Shown in pieces: positions 9,390-18,819 of a stretch of 64,000 nt of DNA (position 1 is the stretch's first letter; every line of letters starts with the position of its first letter). The position numbers were made by a program, and so were the translations under genes. This DNA is from Sediminispirochaeta sp. (GTDB taxonomy: Bacteria; Spirochaetota; Spirochaetia; B11-G9), in assembly GCA_024763455.1 (NCBI GenBank), contig JANTFL010000001.1, positions 26,678 to 90,677 of the forward strand, written 5' to 3'. The notes beneath the pieces were generated by a model. It was not told the DNA's origin and did no database searches. It saw only the letters and a program-made list of their open reading frames with translations.

Positions 9390-9419
9390 TGACCAGCTTT
9401 ACCCGATTATGCTATAAGG
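9390..9419 (+). promoter_or_regulatory. sigma-70-like promoter for the rplU-prp-rpmA-obg operon (TTGACC-18nt-TATAAG)
   Basis: -35 TTGACC at 9390-9395 and -10 TATAAG at 9414-9419 in the 83-nt gap upstream of rplU. Confidence 0.4.
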
Positions 9420-9457
9420 TATTCACTTAAGAATATAGATTTGTTGAGGTTGACTTC

Positions 9458-9772
9458 ATGTACGCAATGGTTGAAATTAAAGGTAAGCAGTATAAAGCTG
9501 AGAAAGGTGCTGTTCTAAAAGTAGATAAAATCGATGGAGAGAAGGGTGATGCAGTCGATTTTGACTCTGTTCTTCTTTTAAACGATGAAAAGAATGTAAA
9601 GGTTGGAACTCCGTATGTTGATGGAGTTACCATTAAAACCACTATAGAAGAGCATAAGAAGGACAAAAAAGTCGTTATCTTCAAGTTCAAGAGAAGGAAA
9701 GGGTACCGCAGAAAGCAGGGGCATAGAGAAACATACTCTTATTTGAAGGTAAATGAGATTACAGGAGCTTAA
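9458..9772 (+). CDS. rplU: 50S ribosomal protein L21
   Basis: MYAMVEIKGKQYKAEKGAVLKVDKI is the canonical L21 N-terminus. Confidence 0.95.
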   Translation: MYAMVEIKGKQYKAEKGAVLKVDKIDGEKGDAVDFDSVLLLNDEKNVKVGTPYVDGVTIKTTIEEHKKDKKVVIFKFKRRKGYRRKQGHRETYSYLKVNEITGA

Positions 9773-9778
9773 TCTTTA

Positions 9779-10108
9779 TTGATTGAGGTCACCATACGGC
9801 TGAATGAATCCGGTGTCATATCCGGAATCAGAGCGGTCGGTCATTCGGGAGCTGCTGCGAAAGGACAGGATATTGTCTGTGCATCAGCTTCAGTTTTGTT
9901 CAGAACCCTTGGACGGTCGCTTGAAGGCAAAGAAGGTATTGTTATTGAGGGTTCTGCTGACAGCAGAGGAGAGTTCTTTCTGGAAGTTGTTTCCTATCCT
10001 CGTACTCTTTATGGATGGCTGGAAGGGATAACTTCCTACATCCTTACAGGGTTAAAGGATCTGGAAGTAGAAAATCCGGATGAATTGTCTGTCAGTATAA
10101 AAGTATAG
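9779..10108 (+). CDS. prp: ribosomal-processing cysteine protease Prp (DUF464)
   Basis: TTG start; GIRAVGHSG...[12 protein letters not shown] matches the Prp H/C dyad region; sits between L21 and L27 as in Firmicutes. Confidence 0.8.
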   Translation: MIEVTIRLNESGVISGIRAVGHSGAAAKGQDIVCASASVLFRTLGRSLEGKEGIVIEGSADSRGEFFLEVVSYPRTLYGWLEGITSYILTGLKDLEVENPDELSVSIKV

Positions 10109-10122
10109 ATCAAGGAGAAGTT

Positions 10123-10377
10123 ATGGCACATAAGAAAGGTGGCGGTAGTTCTAAAAACGGAAGAGATTCAAACTCGCAGAGACTCGGTATTAAAAGATAC
10201 GGCGGACAGATTGTTAAAGCCGGAGAGATCATTGTAAGACAGCGGGGAACCAAATTCCATCCTGGAGCAAACGTTGGTAAAGGTAAAGATGATACGCTCT
10301 TTGCCAAAGAAGCAGGAACTGTTGTTTTTTCAAGACGGCTTGGAAGAAAGTACGTTACTATCGAAACTTCTCTCTAA
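10123..10377 (+). CDS. rpmA: 50S ribosomal protein L27
   Basis: [29 protein letters not shown] canonical L27. Confidence 0.95.
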   Translation: MAHKKGGGSSKNGRDSNSQRLGIKRYGGQIVKAGEIIVRQRGTKFHPGANVGKGKDDTLFAKEAGTVVFSRRLGRKYVTIETSL

Positions 10378-10400
10378 ATTTAAACCCTTCAGAGGTAATT

Positions 10401-11378
10401 ATGCATGGGTTTGCTGATGAAACCTTTATCGATGTTACCTCTGGGAACGGGGGGCATGGCTGTGTCTCGTTCCGAAGGGAAAAATATGTTCCTAAAGGTG
10501 GTCCAGACGGCGGAGACGGCGGTAAAGGCGGCGATGTCATTTTTGTTGTCCGGGATAATTTAAAAACTCTTTCCCATTTAAAGACGAAACGTGTATACAG
10601 GGCCGAAAACGGCAGACCCGGCGAAGGGCGCAGAAAACACGGCAGGAATGGAAAAGATGCTGTTATCGCGGTACCTCCGGGAACCCTTATTAAGGACCCT
10701 GAAAACGGCGAGGTTATTAAAGATCTCACCGGTCTTGAGTCCTGGGTTTTCCTTAAAGGGGGACAGGGCGGCTTAGGGAACTGGCATTTTTCTACCTCTA
10801 GAAAACAAACTCCCCGGTATGCTCAGAGCGGGATGAGCGGAGAGGAGAGAAGGGTTCATGTAGAGCTTCAACTCATTGCGGATGTCGGGTTGGTCGGATT
10901 GCCGAATGCAGGGAAATCTTCCATGCTGAAAGCTCTTACCAATGCGCAGCCTAAAGTTGCTGCATATGCGTTTACAACAAAGATCCCCAATCTCGGGGTA
11001 ATGAAAGGTACATACAAAAGGATAGTCATTGCAGATATCCCCGGAATTATTGAAGGTGCCTCCAGCGGCGCCGGAATGGGGATCAAATTCCTTAAACATA
11101 TTAACAGGACAAAGGCTATTGCATTTGTTATAGATCTTACGGAAGAGGATCCATTTTCTGTCTACCAGACCCTTATTCAAGAACTCAAGGAATATGCTCC
11201 TGATCTTGCACAGAGGAAAAGAGTAATTATCGGCACAAAAAATGACCTCCCTGGAAGCGAAGCAGGGTATGATGCTCTTAAGGAAAGAATAAAGGACGGT
11301 TTTACTGTCTCCATATCATCCTTTACCCGGTCGGGGCTGGATGAACTCACGAAATACTTAGAGAAGATCACCGAATGA
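10401..11378 (+). CDS. obg: GTPase Obg/CgtA
   Basis: Obg fold N-terminus FIDVTSGNGGHGCVSFRREKYVPKGGPDGGDGGKGGDV plus G-domain GLVGLPNAGKSS, DIPG, NK.D motifs. Confidence 0.95.
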   Translation: MHGFADETFIDVTSGNGGHGCVSFRREKYVPKGGPDGGDGGKGGDVIFVVRDNLKTLSHLKTKRVYRAENGRPGEGRRKHGRNGKDAVIAVPPGTLIKDPENGEVIKDLTGLESWVFLKGGQGGLGNWHFSTSRKQTPRYAQSGMSGEERRVHVELQLIADVGLVGLPNAGKSSMLKALTNAQPKVAAYAFTTKIPNLGVMKGTYKRIVIADIPGIIEGASSGAGMGIKFLKHINRTKAIAFVIDLTEEDPFSVYQTLIQELKEYAPDLAQRKRVIIGTKNDLPGSEAGYDALKERIKDGFTVSISSFTRSGLDELTKYLEKITE

Positions 11379-11379
11379 T

Positions 11380-11952
11380 ATGAAAACTGTTGTTTTCGGA
11401 GGAACATACAATCCTGTTCACAATGGACACCTTTATATCGGTGAAGAGATAAGGAAACAGCTTGGGTATGAGCGCATCCTGTTTATACCTTCAAACATTC
11501 CTCCCCATAAAGCAGCTGACCGGAAGACGAAAGCGGCACACAGGATACACATGCTGGAGTATGCATTGGAAAAAAGCCCTTTTTCTATTGAAAAGTGTGA
11601 GATTCACCGGGGAGGAACTTCCTATACTATCGATACAATCGATTTTCTCCGTGATAAATATCGTATATCAGATAAAATCGGTCTTGTTATCGGTGATGAC
11701 CTTGTTGATGGTTTTAAGAAGTGGCACCGTTGGGAAGAACTCATTGAAAAGGTTAACCTGATTATTGTGCACAGGAATTTTAAAAAGGAACAAACCATCG
11801 ATCTGCCGCACCGTTACCTGAACAATTTGTTGATCCCTGTTTCTTCACGGGAAATACGGAGAAGGATAAGAAAGGGAATGGCCTACCGGTATCTTGTCCC
11901 GGAAAAAGTCTATGCCTATATTGTAGAAAATCAACTGTACCTGGATACATAA
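11380..11952 (+). CDS. nadD: nicotinate-nucleotide adenylyltransferase
   Basis: VVFGGTYNPVHNGHL (HxGH nucleotidyltransferase motif); placement after obg. Confidence 0.9.
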   Translation: MKTVVFGGTYNPVHNGHLYIGEEIRKQLGYERILFIPSNIPPHKAADRKTKAAHRIHMLEYALEKSPFSIEKCEIHRGGTSYTIDTIDFLRDKYRISDKIGLVIGDDLVDGFKKWHRWEELIEKVNLIIVHRNFKKEQTIDLPHRYLNNLLIPVSSREIRRRIRKGMAYRYLVPEKVYAYIVENQLYLDT

Positions 11953-12536
11953 TGTACACTGAACTTAAAGATTATATAGAGAAAAATCTATCCCACCTGC
12001 GGTTTGAGCACCTCCTTTCAACTGCAAAGGAATGCGCCTATCTGTGCCAGATGTTCGGTCTGGACAGCAATGCAGGGAGGATCGCAGGCATATCCCATGA
12101 TATAGCGAGAGAACTCTCTGAAAAGGAGATTGTTACTCTTGTGGAAAAGGACGGAATGGATATTAGTGATTATGAATATACACATCCTGTTCTACTTCAT
12201 GGAAGAGCCGGAGCAGTGATTCTTCAGGAAGAGTTTGGAATAAACGAAGACGTCATCCTTAATGCAGTACGCTGGCATACCGTAGGACATCCGGATATGG
12301 GATCTATAGGAAAAGTTCTGTTTGTTGCCGATTATATTGAACCGGGGAGAGAACATATTACTGAAGACTTCCGGCGCAGGGTGCATGGTTTGAATCTGAA
12401 CGGAATGGTGATAGAGGTGCTTTCCCGTCAAATTGAATACCTGAGAAACAAGGGCAATATAATTGTCGAAAGTTCTATTTTATTGTATGATAAGCTGCTG
12501 TCGGAAAATGACAGGAAACATTTAAGTGTAGGTTGA
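11952..12536 (+). CDS. yqeK: HD-domain bis(5'-nucleosyl)-tetraphosphatase YqeK
   Basis: HD-domain motifs (...ISHDIAR..., RWHT...D) and conserved obg-nadD-yqeK order. Confidence 0.75.
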   Translation: MYTELKDYIEKNLSHLRFEHLLSTAKECAYLCQMFGLDSNAGRIAGISHDIARELSEKEIVTLVEKDGMDISDYEYTHPVLLHGRAGAVILQEEFGINEDVILNAVRWHTVGHPDMGSIGKVLFVADYIEPGREHITEDFRRRVHGLNLNGMVIEVLSRQIEYLRNKGNIIVESSILLYDKLLSENDRKHLSVG

Positions 12537-12540
12537 TTGT

Positions 12541-13740
12541 TTGAATAGAAGAAAACAAATAGATAAAGCCGTGATTTTCATTATACTGATTTTTCTCGTT
12601 CTTTTTATGACGTCAATGTTCGTTTACACACGTTTGAAGAAGGATAAGATAACTGGAGCGGTGGAAAACGGTGAGACCTTAAAAACCCTTATTATGATAA
12701 CAAATGGTAATACACTTCTGTATACCGAGCTCTTTATGTACAACTCAGCAACCCACAAGGGAGCGCTATTTGATATTCCCGGAAACGTTGGTTCAATAAT
12801 CAGTCAGACAGATAAAATGGACCGAATCGATACTCTTTTTGTTGGTAACAAACCAGAACCATATATAGAAAAAGTGGAGGAAATCCTTAATACTTCAATA
12901 CCGTACTATCTAATTATTGAAAGAGAGAATTTTAAGGGATTAGTTGACCTCTTTGAAGGGATAAAGCTGTTCATTCCCAATCCTGTTGAACTTGTTACAC
13001 AAGAGAATATTCTTTTACTTCCTTCCGGAAATGTAGTTCTTGACGGAGAAAAAGCGGTTACTTTCATGATGTATCAGGAAGAGGGAGAAGAAAACATAGA
13101 GAGTATAAGCAGAAGGCAGAAAGTCGTTCAATCGCTTTTAGGTACAATTGGAGAGAGAAATCAGCTGCTGGAAAACAGAAAACTTTCATCTGTTCTGTAT
13201 TCGCTTATTGATTCAAATCTCTCAAAAACAGCTGTTACAGCCCTGTTCTCAGAGATGAAGTTCCTGGATTCAGACAGAATGGTTTTTCAGAGGGTTCTGG
13301 GGGCAAAGCGAATAACCGGCGATAAAACACTTTTATTCCCTCACTATGAGGGTAAACTTCTGAAGGAGACCCTGTCACAGACAATTGACTCACTTGCCGA
13401 TCAAGAGGGACAAAGTAACAAGGCACTACAGATGAGTATTGACATACTGAATGGTACAGGACAGAACGGTCTTGCTGCGAGAACATCCGAGGTTTTCAAG
13501 AGTTTTGGTTTTGATATAATCAAGGTCGGTAACTATAGTGAAGATGACTTGGAAAAAACTTTGGTAGTGAGCAGAAGCCTTGACACGAGTGCAGCTGAGA
13601 AAGCTGCTGAGTTAATAAAGTGCAAAAATATAAAGTTTTCTACTGCTGTAGAGATACCAACTGAAAGTGTATCAGGTGACAGTGCAGATGTCATTGTGAT
13701 TCTGGGGAAGGATTTTGATGGAAGATATTGCAAAGATTAA
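12541..13740 (+). CDS. LytR-CpsA-Psr (LCP) family protein with C-terminal LytR_C domain
   Basis: TTG start; N-terminal TM; LCP core (IPYYLIIERENFKGLVDLFEGIKL) and LytR_C-like tail (NGTGQNGLAARTSEVFKSFGFDIIKVGN). Confidence 0.7.
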   Translation: MNRRKQIDKAVIFIILIFLVLFMTSMFVYTRLKKDKITGAVENGETLKTLIMITNGNTLLYTELFMYNSATHKGALFDIPGNVGSIISQTDKMDRIDTLFVGNKPEPYIEKVEEILNTSIPYYLIIERENFKGLVDLFEGIKLFIPNPVELVTQENILLLPSGNVVLDGEKAVTFMMYQEEGEENIESISRRQKVVQSLLGTIGERNQLLENRKLSSVLYSLIDSNLSKTAVTALFSEMKFLDSDRMVFQRVLGAKRITGDKTLLFPHYEGKLLKETLSQTIDSLADQEGQSNKALQMSIDILNGTGQNGLAARTSEVFKSFGFDIIKVGNYSEDDLEKTLVVSRSLDTSAAEKAAELIKCKNIKFSTAVEIPTESVSGDSADVIVILGKDFDGRYCKD

Positions 13741-14095
13741 GAATGAAAATGAAATAGCTGTAGAGATAGGTAAATTTATCGATGAGCACAAAGGGACCGG
13801 AACAGTCGTTCTGGATATTTCTGAATTCAGCAGCTGGACAAAATACTTCATTATCTCAACTATTTCGAGTATGGGACACCTGAAGGGTATTGTGAAACAG
13901 CTGAAACTATACCTTCTCGAAAGAAATATCGACATATATCATCGACATAAAAATATAGCAGAAGATGGGTGGGAACTTGTCGACTGCGGAGATTATGTTA
14001 TCCATCTTATGAGTAGTGAAGTAAGAAAATTTTACAATCTGGAGAAGCTCTGGTTTAACGGGGAGATTCTGTATCAGTCATCAAAATCCTCATAA
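13715..14095 (+). CDS. rsfS: ribosomal silencing factor RsfS (Iojap)
   Basis: DISEFSSWTKYFIISTISSMGHLKGIVKQL matches the RsfS/Iojap core; follows nadD-yqeK as usual. Confidence 0.85.
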   Translation: MMEDIAKIKNENEIAVEIGKFIDEHKGTGTVVLDISEFSSWTKYFIISTISSMGHLKGIVKQLKLYLLERNIDIYHRHKNIAEDGWELVDCGDYVIHLMSSEVRKFYNLEKLWFNGEILYQSSKSS

Positions 14096-14334
14096 TCAAG
14101 ACCATCGTAGTAGTCTATTTCATCATCATCGTCATCAATAAAATCTTCATCCTCTTCAGGAACCGCTTCATCGTTCTCTAAACTCTCATCGTCAAAGGGA
14201 TCTTCGGCGAAACTGTCGTCAAATTCTGAGAAGTTATCATCATAGTCAGTTTCGTAATCATCAAAACTGTCATCGTAAAAATCATCTTCGTCAATCATTA
14301 CCACATTGTATGGTAATGAATAAATTATTGTCAA
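14074..14334 (-). CDS. hypothetical small hyper-acidic protein (74-86 aa, roughly half Asp/Glu, Phe/Tyr-rich)
   Basis: uninterrupted ORF in the otherwise empty 256-nt convergent gap between rsfS and cheX; the ORF-track start at 14334 is a TTG, the first ATG (MIDEDD...) is at 14298; no strong RBS, so uncertain. Confidence 0.35.
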   Translation of the reverse strand: MTIIYSLPYNVVMIDEDDFYDDSFDDYETDYDDNFSEFDDSFAEDPFDDESLENDEAVPEEDEDFIDDDDDEIDYYDGLDYEDFDD

Positions 14335-14351
14335 TAAACAACAGGGATAAA

Positions 14352-14816
14352 TTACTTGATTCCTACATATAGTGTAAATAAACCGTAACTTCCGGTAAGT
14401 GACTTGTGCAGTATATACCTGGTGTCAGCAGGTTCGGAAAAAATATTTTTCCCAATAATAAGAGTAGGTGGAGTTATGTCGCAGCAATAGCCTTTTTTTT
14501 CCAGGAGCATCATACTTCTGCCGGAAATTTGGTTGAGGAGCTCACCCATAGCCTCTTTATGAAACCGGCCGAAGCCCTTTTCCCCTTCCGGATTCATTCC
14601 GAGATTAGCCAGCATCTTCTTTATAAAATTGGAGGCACTGGAGATGTCTGATTTAAGACTAAGAAACCCCTTTAGATCGCCGGTAATTCCGATGTTAGCG
14701 ACGACTTCTGTGCTATTACATGTATTTATGGTATCAGTAGGAGTAATTTCAAAGCCTGCTTGCTCAAACACAATTTTGGTTGCTTCGGTGAATAGTTCAA
14801 GATCCTCAATTCTCAT
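14352..14816 (-). CDS. cheX: chemotaxis phosphatase CheX (CheC/CheX/FliY family)
   Basis: 154 aa; EAMGELLNQISG...P motif (E-x2-N-x~21-P) typical of CheC/CheX CheY-P phosphatases. Confidence 0.7.
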   Translation of the reverse strand: MRIEDLELFTEATKIVFEQAGFEITPTDTINTCNSTEVVANIGITGDLKGFLSLKSDISSASNFIKKMLANLGMNPEGEKGFGRFHKEAMGELLNQISGRSMMLLEKKGYCCDITPPTLIIGKNIFSEPADTRYILHKSLTGSYGLFTLYVGIK

Positions 14817-14881
14817 AGGTGGTAAGTATAGGAAAAAGCAATTATGTTGTCAAACCGGAGCAAATCTCCTATGATACAGTG

Positions 14882-15763
14882 ATGGCAACAATTACACTTA
14901 CTGCTCAGGCTAAGATTAATCTGCATTTGGAAATAACCGGATTAAGGGATGACGGTTTCCATACGATAAACTCCATCTTTCAATTGGTTTCTCTCGCAGA
15001 CCTGATAAAAATATCAACGAAAAAAGATACCGGGTTCTATTCTCTTAAAGGTAACTTTAATTTTCCCCGGGAGCATAATCTTATTACCAAAGCTTTAAAA
15101 CTGTTTAGAGAGGTTACCGGTCTCCATGACGGGGTTGAGATCGAGTGTATAAAGAAAATCCCCGCTGGTGCAGGGCTTGGAGGAGGTTCAAGCGACGCTG
15201 CATCAGTTTTAAAAGGTTTGAACCTGCTTTTTAATGCCGGCCTTTCAAGTAAAGAGATGGCTGAGGCGGGGAGTACCCTCGGAAGTGATATCCCGTTTTT
15301 TTTTGGCACCGGAACAGCAGTTGTTATGGGTAGAGGTGAAGAAGTAAAGGGAATCGAAACGTTGTGGGATCTTCCTGTTGTGATTATTGACACCGGTATT
15401 CATGTGTCAACGCAGGAAGCATACAGGAAATTTGACGAGTACAGTAATCATTCTCCTGCAAAGATTGGAGCGTTGGAGGATGAATACCGCAAAAAGCCCT
15501 CTTTATGGCCCTTCTATAATGATTTTTTTACCGTTCTCGATTTGGAAGATCCTGTTTACAGAAACTGCATTAACCGTTTAAAAAGCTTTGGAGCTTTATA
15601 TTCTGCTATTTCAGGAAGCGGATCTGCAGTTTTCGGGATCTTCTCCGATGGGAAGGGAGCTGCTGCGGCTGCCGGGGCTTTGGAAAAAGAATTTAAAGGG
15701 GTTCATAAAGGAAAAATGCTTGCGATTCCTCCTAAGGCGGTTTACAATTCAGACAATAACTAG
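14882..15763 (+). CDS. ispE: 4-diphosphocytidyl-2-C-methyl-D-erythritol kinase
   Basis: AKINLHLEITG N-terminus and GHMP kinase motif IPAGAGLGGGSSDAAS; start set at the internal ATG (MATIT...) rather than the upstream GTG of the ORF track. Confidence 0.85.
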   Translation: MATITLTAQAKINLHLEITGLRDDGFHTINSIFQLVSLADLIKISTKKDTGFYSLKGNFNFPREHNLITKALKLFREVTGLHDGVEIECIKKIPAGAGLGGGSSDAASVLKGLNLLFNAGLSSKEMAEAGSTLGSDIPFFFGTGTAVVMGRGEEVKGIETLWDLPVVIIDTGIHVSTQEAYRKFDEYSNHSPAKIGALEDEYRKKPSLWPFYNDFFTVLDLEDPVYRNCINRLKSFGALYSAISGSGSAVFGIFSDGKGAAAAAGALEKEFKGVHKGKMLAIPPKAVYNSDNN

Positions 15764-15785
15764 TGTGTAACGTCATGGAGGTCGT

Positions 15786-16082
15786 ATGGAGATTACTGAC
15801 ATTAGGATTCGAAGAGTTGGAGCAGAAGGGAAACTAAAAGCGTACGTAACGGTAACATTTGATGATTGCTTCGTTGTCCACAATGTAAAGGTAATTGAAG
15901 GGAAAAACGGTGCATTTATTGCCATGCCGAGTAGAAAAACAAAGGCTGGAGATTATAAAGATGTCGCACATCCTATAAATTCCGATTTTAGAAGCTTACT
16001 GCAGGCTAAAATACTAGAGGCTTATGAAAATGAACCTGCAGAAGAGTCCGGTTCTGAGCAAGAAGCGGCTGAAACCCTATAG
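15786..16082 (+). CDS. spoVG: septation protein SpoVG
   Basis: [51 protein letters not shown] is nearly identical to the SpoVG consensus. Confidence 0.95.
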   Translation: MEITDIRIRRVGAEGKLKAYVTVTFDDCFVVHNVKVIEGKNGAFIAMPSRKTKAGDYKDVAHPINSDFRSLLQAKILEAYENEPAEESGSEQEAAETL

Positions 16083-16127
16083 ACTTTTAATAGAAAAAAA
16101 GTATAATACTCAATTATTCTGATACTG

Positions 16128-16199
16128 TGGGGCGTTGGCAAGTGGTTAAGCCCCCGGTTTTTGGTGCCGGTATCGTAGGTTCGAATCCTACCGCCCCAG
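16128..16199 (+). tRNA. tRNA-Gln (anticodon TTG)
   Basis: close match to E. coli tRNA-Gln: TGGGGCG acceptor, anticodon stem CCGGT/GCCGG, loop TTTTGGT, T arm GTAGG-TTCGAAT-CCTAC; TATAAT box at 16102-16107 upstream. Confidence 0.75.
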
Positions 16200-16230
16200 A
16201 AAACTAAAATGATGTTAAGGAGAATTTCCC

Positions 16231-16872
16231 ATGGAGCAGAAGACTCTCACAGGTTATGAGAGAAAGGAACTGAAAAAAGGTCCTTCACGGAGACTGAGAA
16301 AAGAAGGCAGAATACCAGCAATAATTTATGGTCATGATACTCCAAAACCAATATCCGTTGACCGGAAAGAGTTTCATACAAAATTCAAAAACAGTTCCGC
16401 GAGTACTATTCTCACCATTAAGGTGGGAAAGAAAGACTATGAGGTCCTTGTAAAAGGGTTTCAGGAAGATTATATCAAAGAAGTAATAACTCATATTGAT
16501 TTCTTTGAACTCGAAAGAGGAAAGCTTCTTAAAACCAAGATTCCTGTACGTGTAGAAGGTTCAGCTGTCGGAGTACGGGAAGGGGGACTTCTTGAGCAGA
16601 GGATACATGAACTGGAAGTGGAATGTCTTCCCAAAGACATCCCTGAGGTAATTGTTGTTGACGTTAGTGAGCTTGAAATAGGGGAATCTATTCACGTTGA
16701 GGATTTGAATGTTGCGGAAGAGGTAAAGGTTCTTAACCTTCCCAATCAGACAATTGTCAGTGTTACAAGCTTCAAGGAAGCTCCTGTTGAAGAAGAAGCA
16801 GAAGGAGAAGAGGAAGGACTTGAAGAAGAAGCAGCAGCTGAAGATTCCGGAGAAGAAGAAGAGGAAGCATAA
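16231..16872 (+). CDS. rplY: 50S ribosomal protein L25 / general stress protein Ctc
   Basis: L25/Ctc N-domain (RKEGRIPAIIYGHD...) with an acidic Glu-rich C-terminal tail; AAGGAG RBS. Confidence 0.9.
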   Translation: MEQKTLTGYERKELKKGPSRRLRKEGRIPAIIYGHDTPKPISVDRKEFHTKFKNSSASTILTIKVGKKDYEVLVKGFQEDYIKEVITHIDFFELERGKLLKTKIPVRVEGSAVGVREGGLLEQRIHELEVECLPKDIPEVIVVDVSELEIGESIHVEDLNVAEEVKVLNLPNQTIVSVTSFKEAPVEEEAEGEEEGLEEEAAAEDSGEEEEEA

Positions 16873-17445
16873 CTGTTTCTATTTATCGGTCTGGGCAATC
16901 CGGGAGAGAATTATTCGCAAACCCGGCACAACGCCGGGTTTCTTGTCTTGGACAGGATTGCTCAGAAATATTCAATTAATTTCAAGAAACCTTTCTTTAA
17001 AAAGTATCTCTACGGCAGAGGACAGTTACACGGCAAAGAGTTCATTATCGTAAAACCCCTTACTTATATGAATAATTCAGGGTTTGTTATCCCGGGATTA
17101 CTTAAAAAATTCCGCATCCCCTCTGAAAAAATGGTAGTTATCTGCGATAACATGGATCTGCCCTATGGTATGTGCAGAATAAAAAAGAAAGGGTCCGGTG
17201 GAGGGCACAATGGGCTCCGGTCCATTGATTCTTTTATGGAAGGCAGGGATTATACACGCCTCTTTGTAGGAGTTTCCAGACCGGATCGTAGTGTGAGTAT
17301 TATCGATCATGTCCTTTCTGTTCCCGATGGTTCCGACTTCCGGGATTTTATGAATGGGGTTGATAGAGCGTCGGGGGCCGTGGAAACGATAGTAGACAAA
17401 TCTGTAGAAGAAGCAATGCATGAATATAACAGAAGAATTACTTGA
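16873..17445 (+). CDS. pth: peptidyl-tRNA hydrolase
   Basis: the conserved Pth N-terminus FIGLGNPGENYSQTRHNAGF is encoded in frame from 16873, immediately after the rplY TAA, with no ATG/GTG/TTG before it, so the start is a non-canonical codon (CTG at 16873?); remainder matches Pth (GGGHNGLRSI); the ORF track only calls from TTG at 16948. Confidence 0.8.
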   Translation: MFLFIGLGNPGENYSQTRHNAGFLVLDRIAQKYSINFKKPFFKKYLYGRGQLHGKEFIIVKPLTYMNNSGFVIPGLLKKFRIPSEKMVVICDNMDLPYGMCRIKKKGSGGGHNGLRSIDSFMEGRDYTRLFVGVSRPDRSVSIIDHVLSVPDGSDFRDFMNGVDRASGAVETIVDKSVEEAMHEYNRRIT

Positions 17446-18814
17446 CAGGATATCCAGGTATCTGAGAGAAAACGGTGTAACTGCCGGGGATAGTGTTCAG
17501 ATTGGGTTTTCCGGCGGCCCCGATTCGACAGTGCTGTTGTTTCTGATGAACCAGCTTCAGCCTGAGTTTCGTTTTTCACTTCAGGCATTATACGTTGATC
17601 ACGGTATACGGCCCGGGAAAATAATAAGAAAAGAGATTGAAGGTGTCGAAAATAGTGCTTCAAGGATTGGATGTCCACTTGTTGTTGAACACATCCCGCC
17701 GGGTGAAATAGAACATAAAGCAAGGACAGAGGGAAGGAGCATAGAAGATCTTGCACGGGAATACCGCTACCGGATCTTTAGAAATAAAATGGGAGAATCC
17801 GCAGTGTCGTACACTGCCCTGGGGCATAATCTTGACGATAATGTCGAAACTTTGATTATGCGGGTTTTTCAGGGCTCTGGGATGGAAGGACTCAAGGGGA
17901 TCCCGTCAAGCCGTGATGGTTTTCTGCGACCGCTGCTGTCAGTTGAACGAAGTTTAATAGAACAATGTGCGGATGAAAACGGGCTCAAGCCCCTTCTGGA
18001 TGAAACAAATAATGAACTGATATATTTAAGAAACAGGATAAGAAAAGAACTAATCCCTGCAGTTGCTCAGATTTTCCCCGGTTACAGACGGTCAATGGTA
18101 ACTCTCGGCCGTAAGATGGAAGCAGCGAGTGACTATGCAAACCGGGAAATCAAGAAACGAATAAGCGGATTCACCGCTGATGGTGCTTTAAATGTGTCGG
18201 TTCAAGAGTTTAAAACGTTTCTCCCATTTGAAAGAATGAAGCTTCTCTATGAAAGCTGGGATATCTGGGGTGAAAAACCTTTTGAAACATTGCGTTACAG
18301 GACAATTGAGTCTCTATTGTACCATAAAGATCTTCCTTCAGGGAGAATTCTCCTGTCAGGAGGAGATTATATTCTGGAGCAAAGGGAAGGTATGATTTGG
18401 TGGAATAGGCTTGTCGTTTTATCCAAAAAAAGTTATCTTAGAGTGGTATCTCCTGGAGTTGTATCCATTCCCGGGAATCTCAGGCTGGAAGTGATAACTG
18501 GCGGGGGTAGCCCGGTCAAGAGTGATGTTTGGTTTGATAAGAGCAGGATACATGGACCGGTGGTGATCAGATCCAGAAAGCCCGGCGATTTTATTAATCT
18601 TTCCGGAGGAAGGAAGAAGATAAAAAAACTGTACAGCGAGTGGAAAATCCCTGAAAAGGACCGGTGGCAGATCCCTGTTGTTTGTGACAGGAAGGGCATT
18701 ATTGCTGTTCTGGGTGAACCGTTCGGATATAAAAACAGAGTTGCATCGGTACAGAGAGTGCAGAAGAGTAAAGCAGCAGATAATATATTGATTTTAAGAG
18801 CATACATGGAGTAA
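17420..18814 (+). CDS. tilS: tRNA(Ile)-lysidine synthetase
   Basis: PP-loop SGGPDSTVLL and conserved pth-tilS-ftsH order. Confidence 0.85.
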   Translation: MNITEELLDRISRYLRENGVTAGDSVQIGFSGGPDSTVLLFLMNQLQPEFRFSLQALYVDHGIRPGKIIRKEIEGVENSASRIGCPLVVEHIPPGEIEHKARTEGRSIEDLAREYRYRIFRNKMGESAVSYTALGHNLDDNVETLIMRVFQGSGMEGLKGIPSSRDGFLRPLLSVERSLIEQCADENGLKPLLDETNNELIYLRNRIRKELIPAVAQIFPGYRRSMVTLGRKMEAASDYANREIKKRISGFTADGALNVSVQEFKTFLPFERMKLLYESWDIWGEKPFETLRYRTIESLLYHKDLPSGRILLSGGDYILEQREGMIWWNRLVVLSKKSYLRVVSPGVVSIPGNLRLEVITGGGSPVKSDVWFDKSRIHGPVVIRSRKPGDFINLSGGRKKIKKLYSEWKIPEKDRWQIPVVCDRKGIIAVLGEPFGYKNRVASVQRVQKSKAADNILILRAYME

Positions 18815-18819
18815 TTACT

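Noticed and set aside
10358-10729. 123-aa Pro/Ser-rich minus-strand ORF, plus other antisense ORFs in this stretch (10110..10307, 10591..10776, 10773..11180)
   Set aside because: Embedded in or antisense to rpmA and the highly conserved obg gene; composition is typical of antisense to a Gly-rich coding region.
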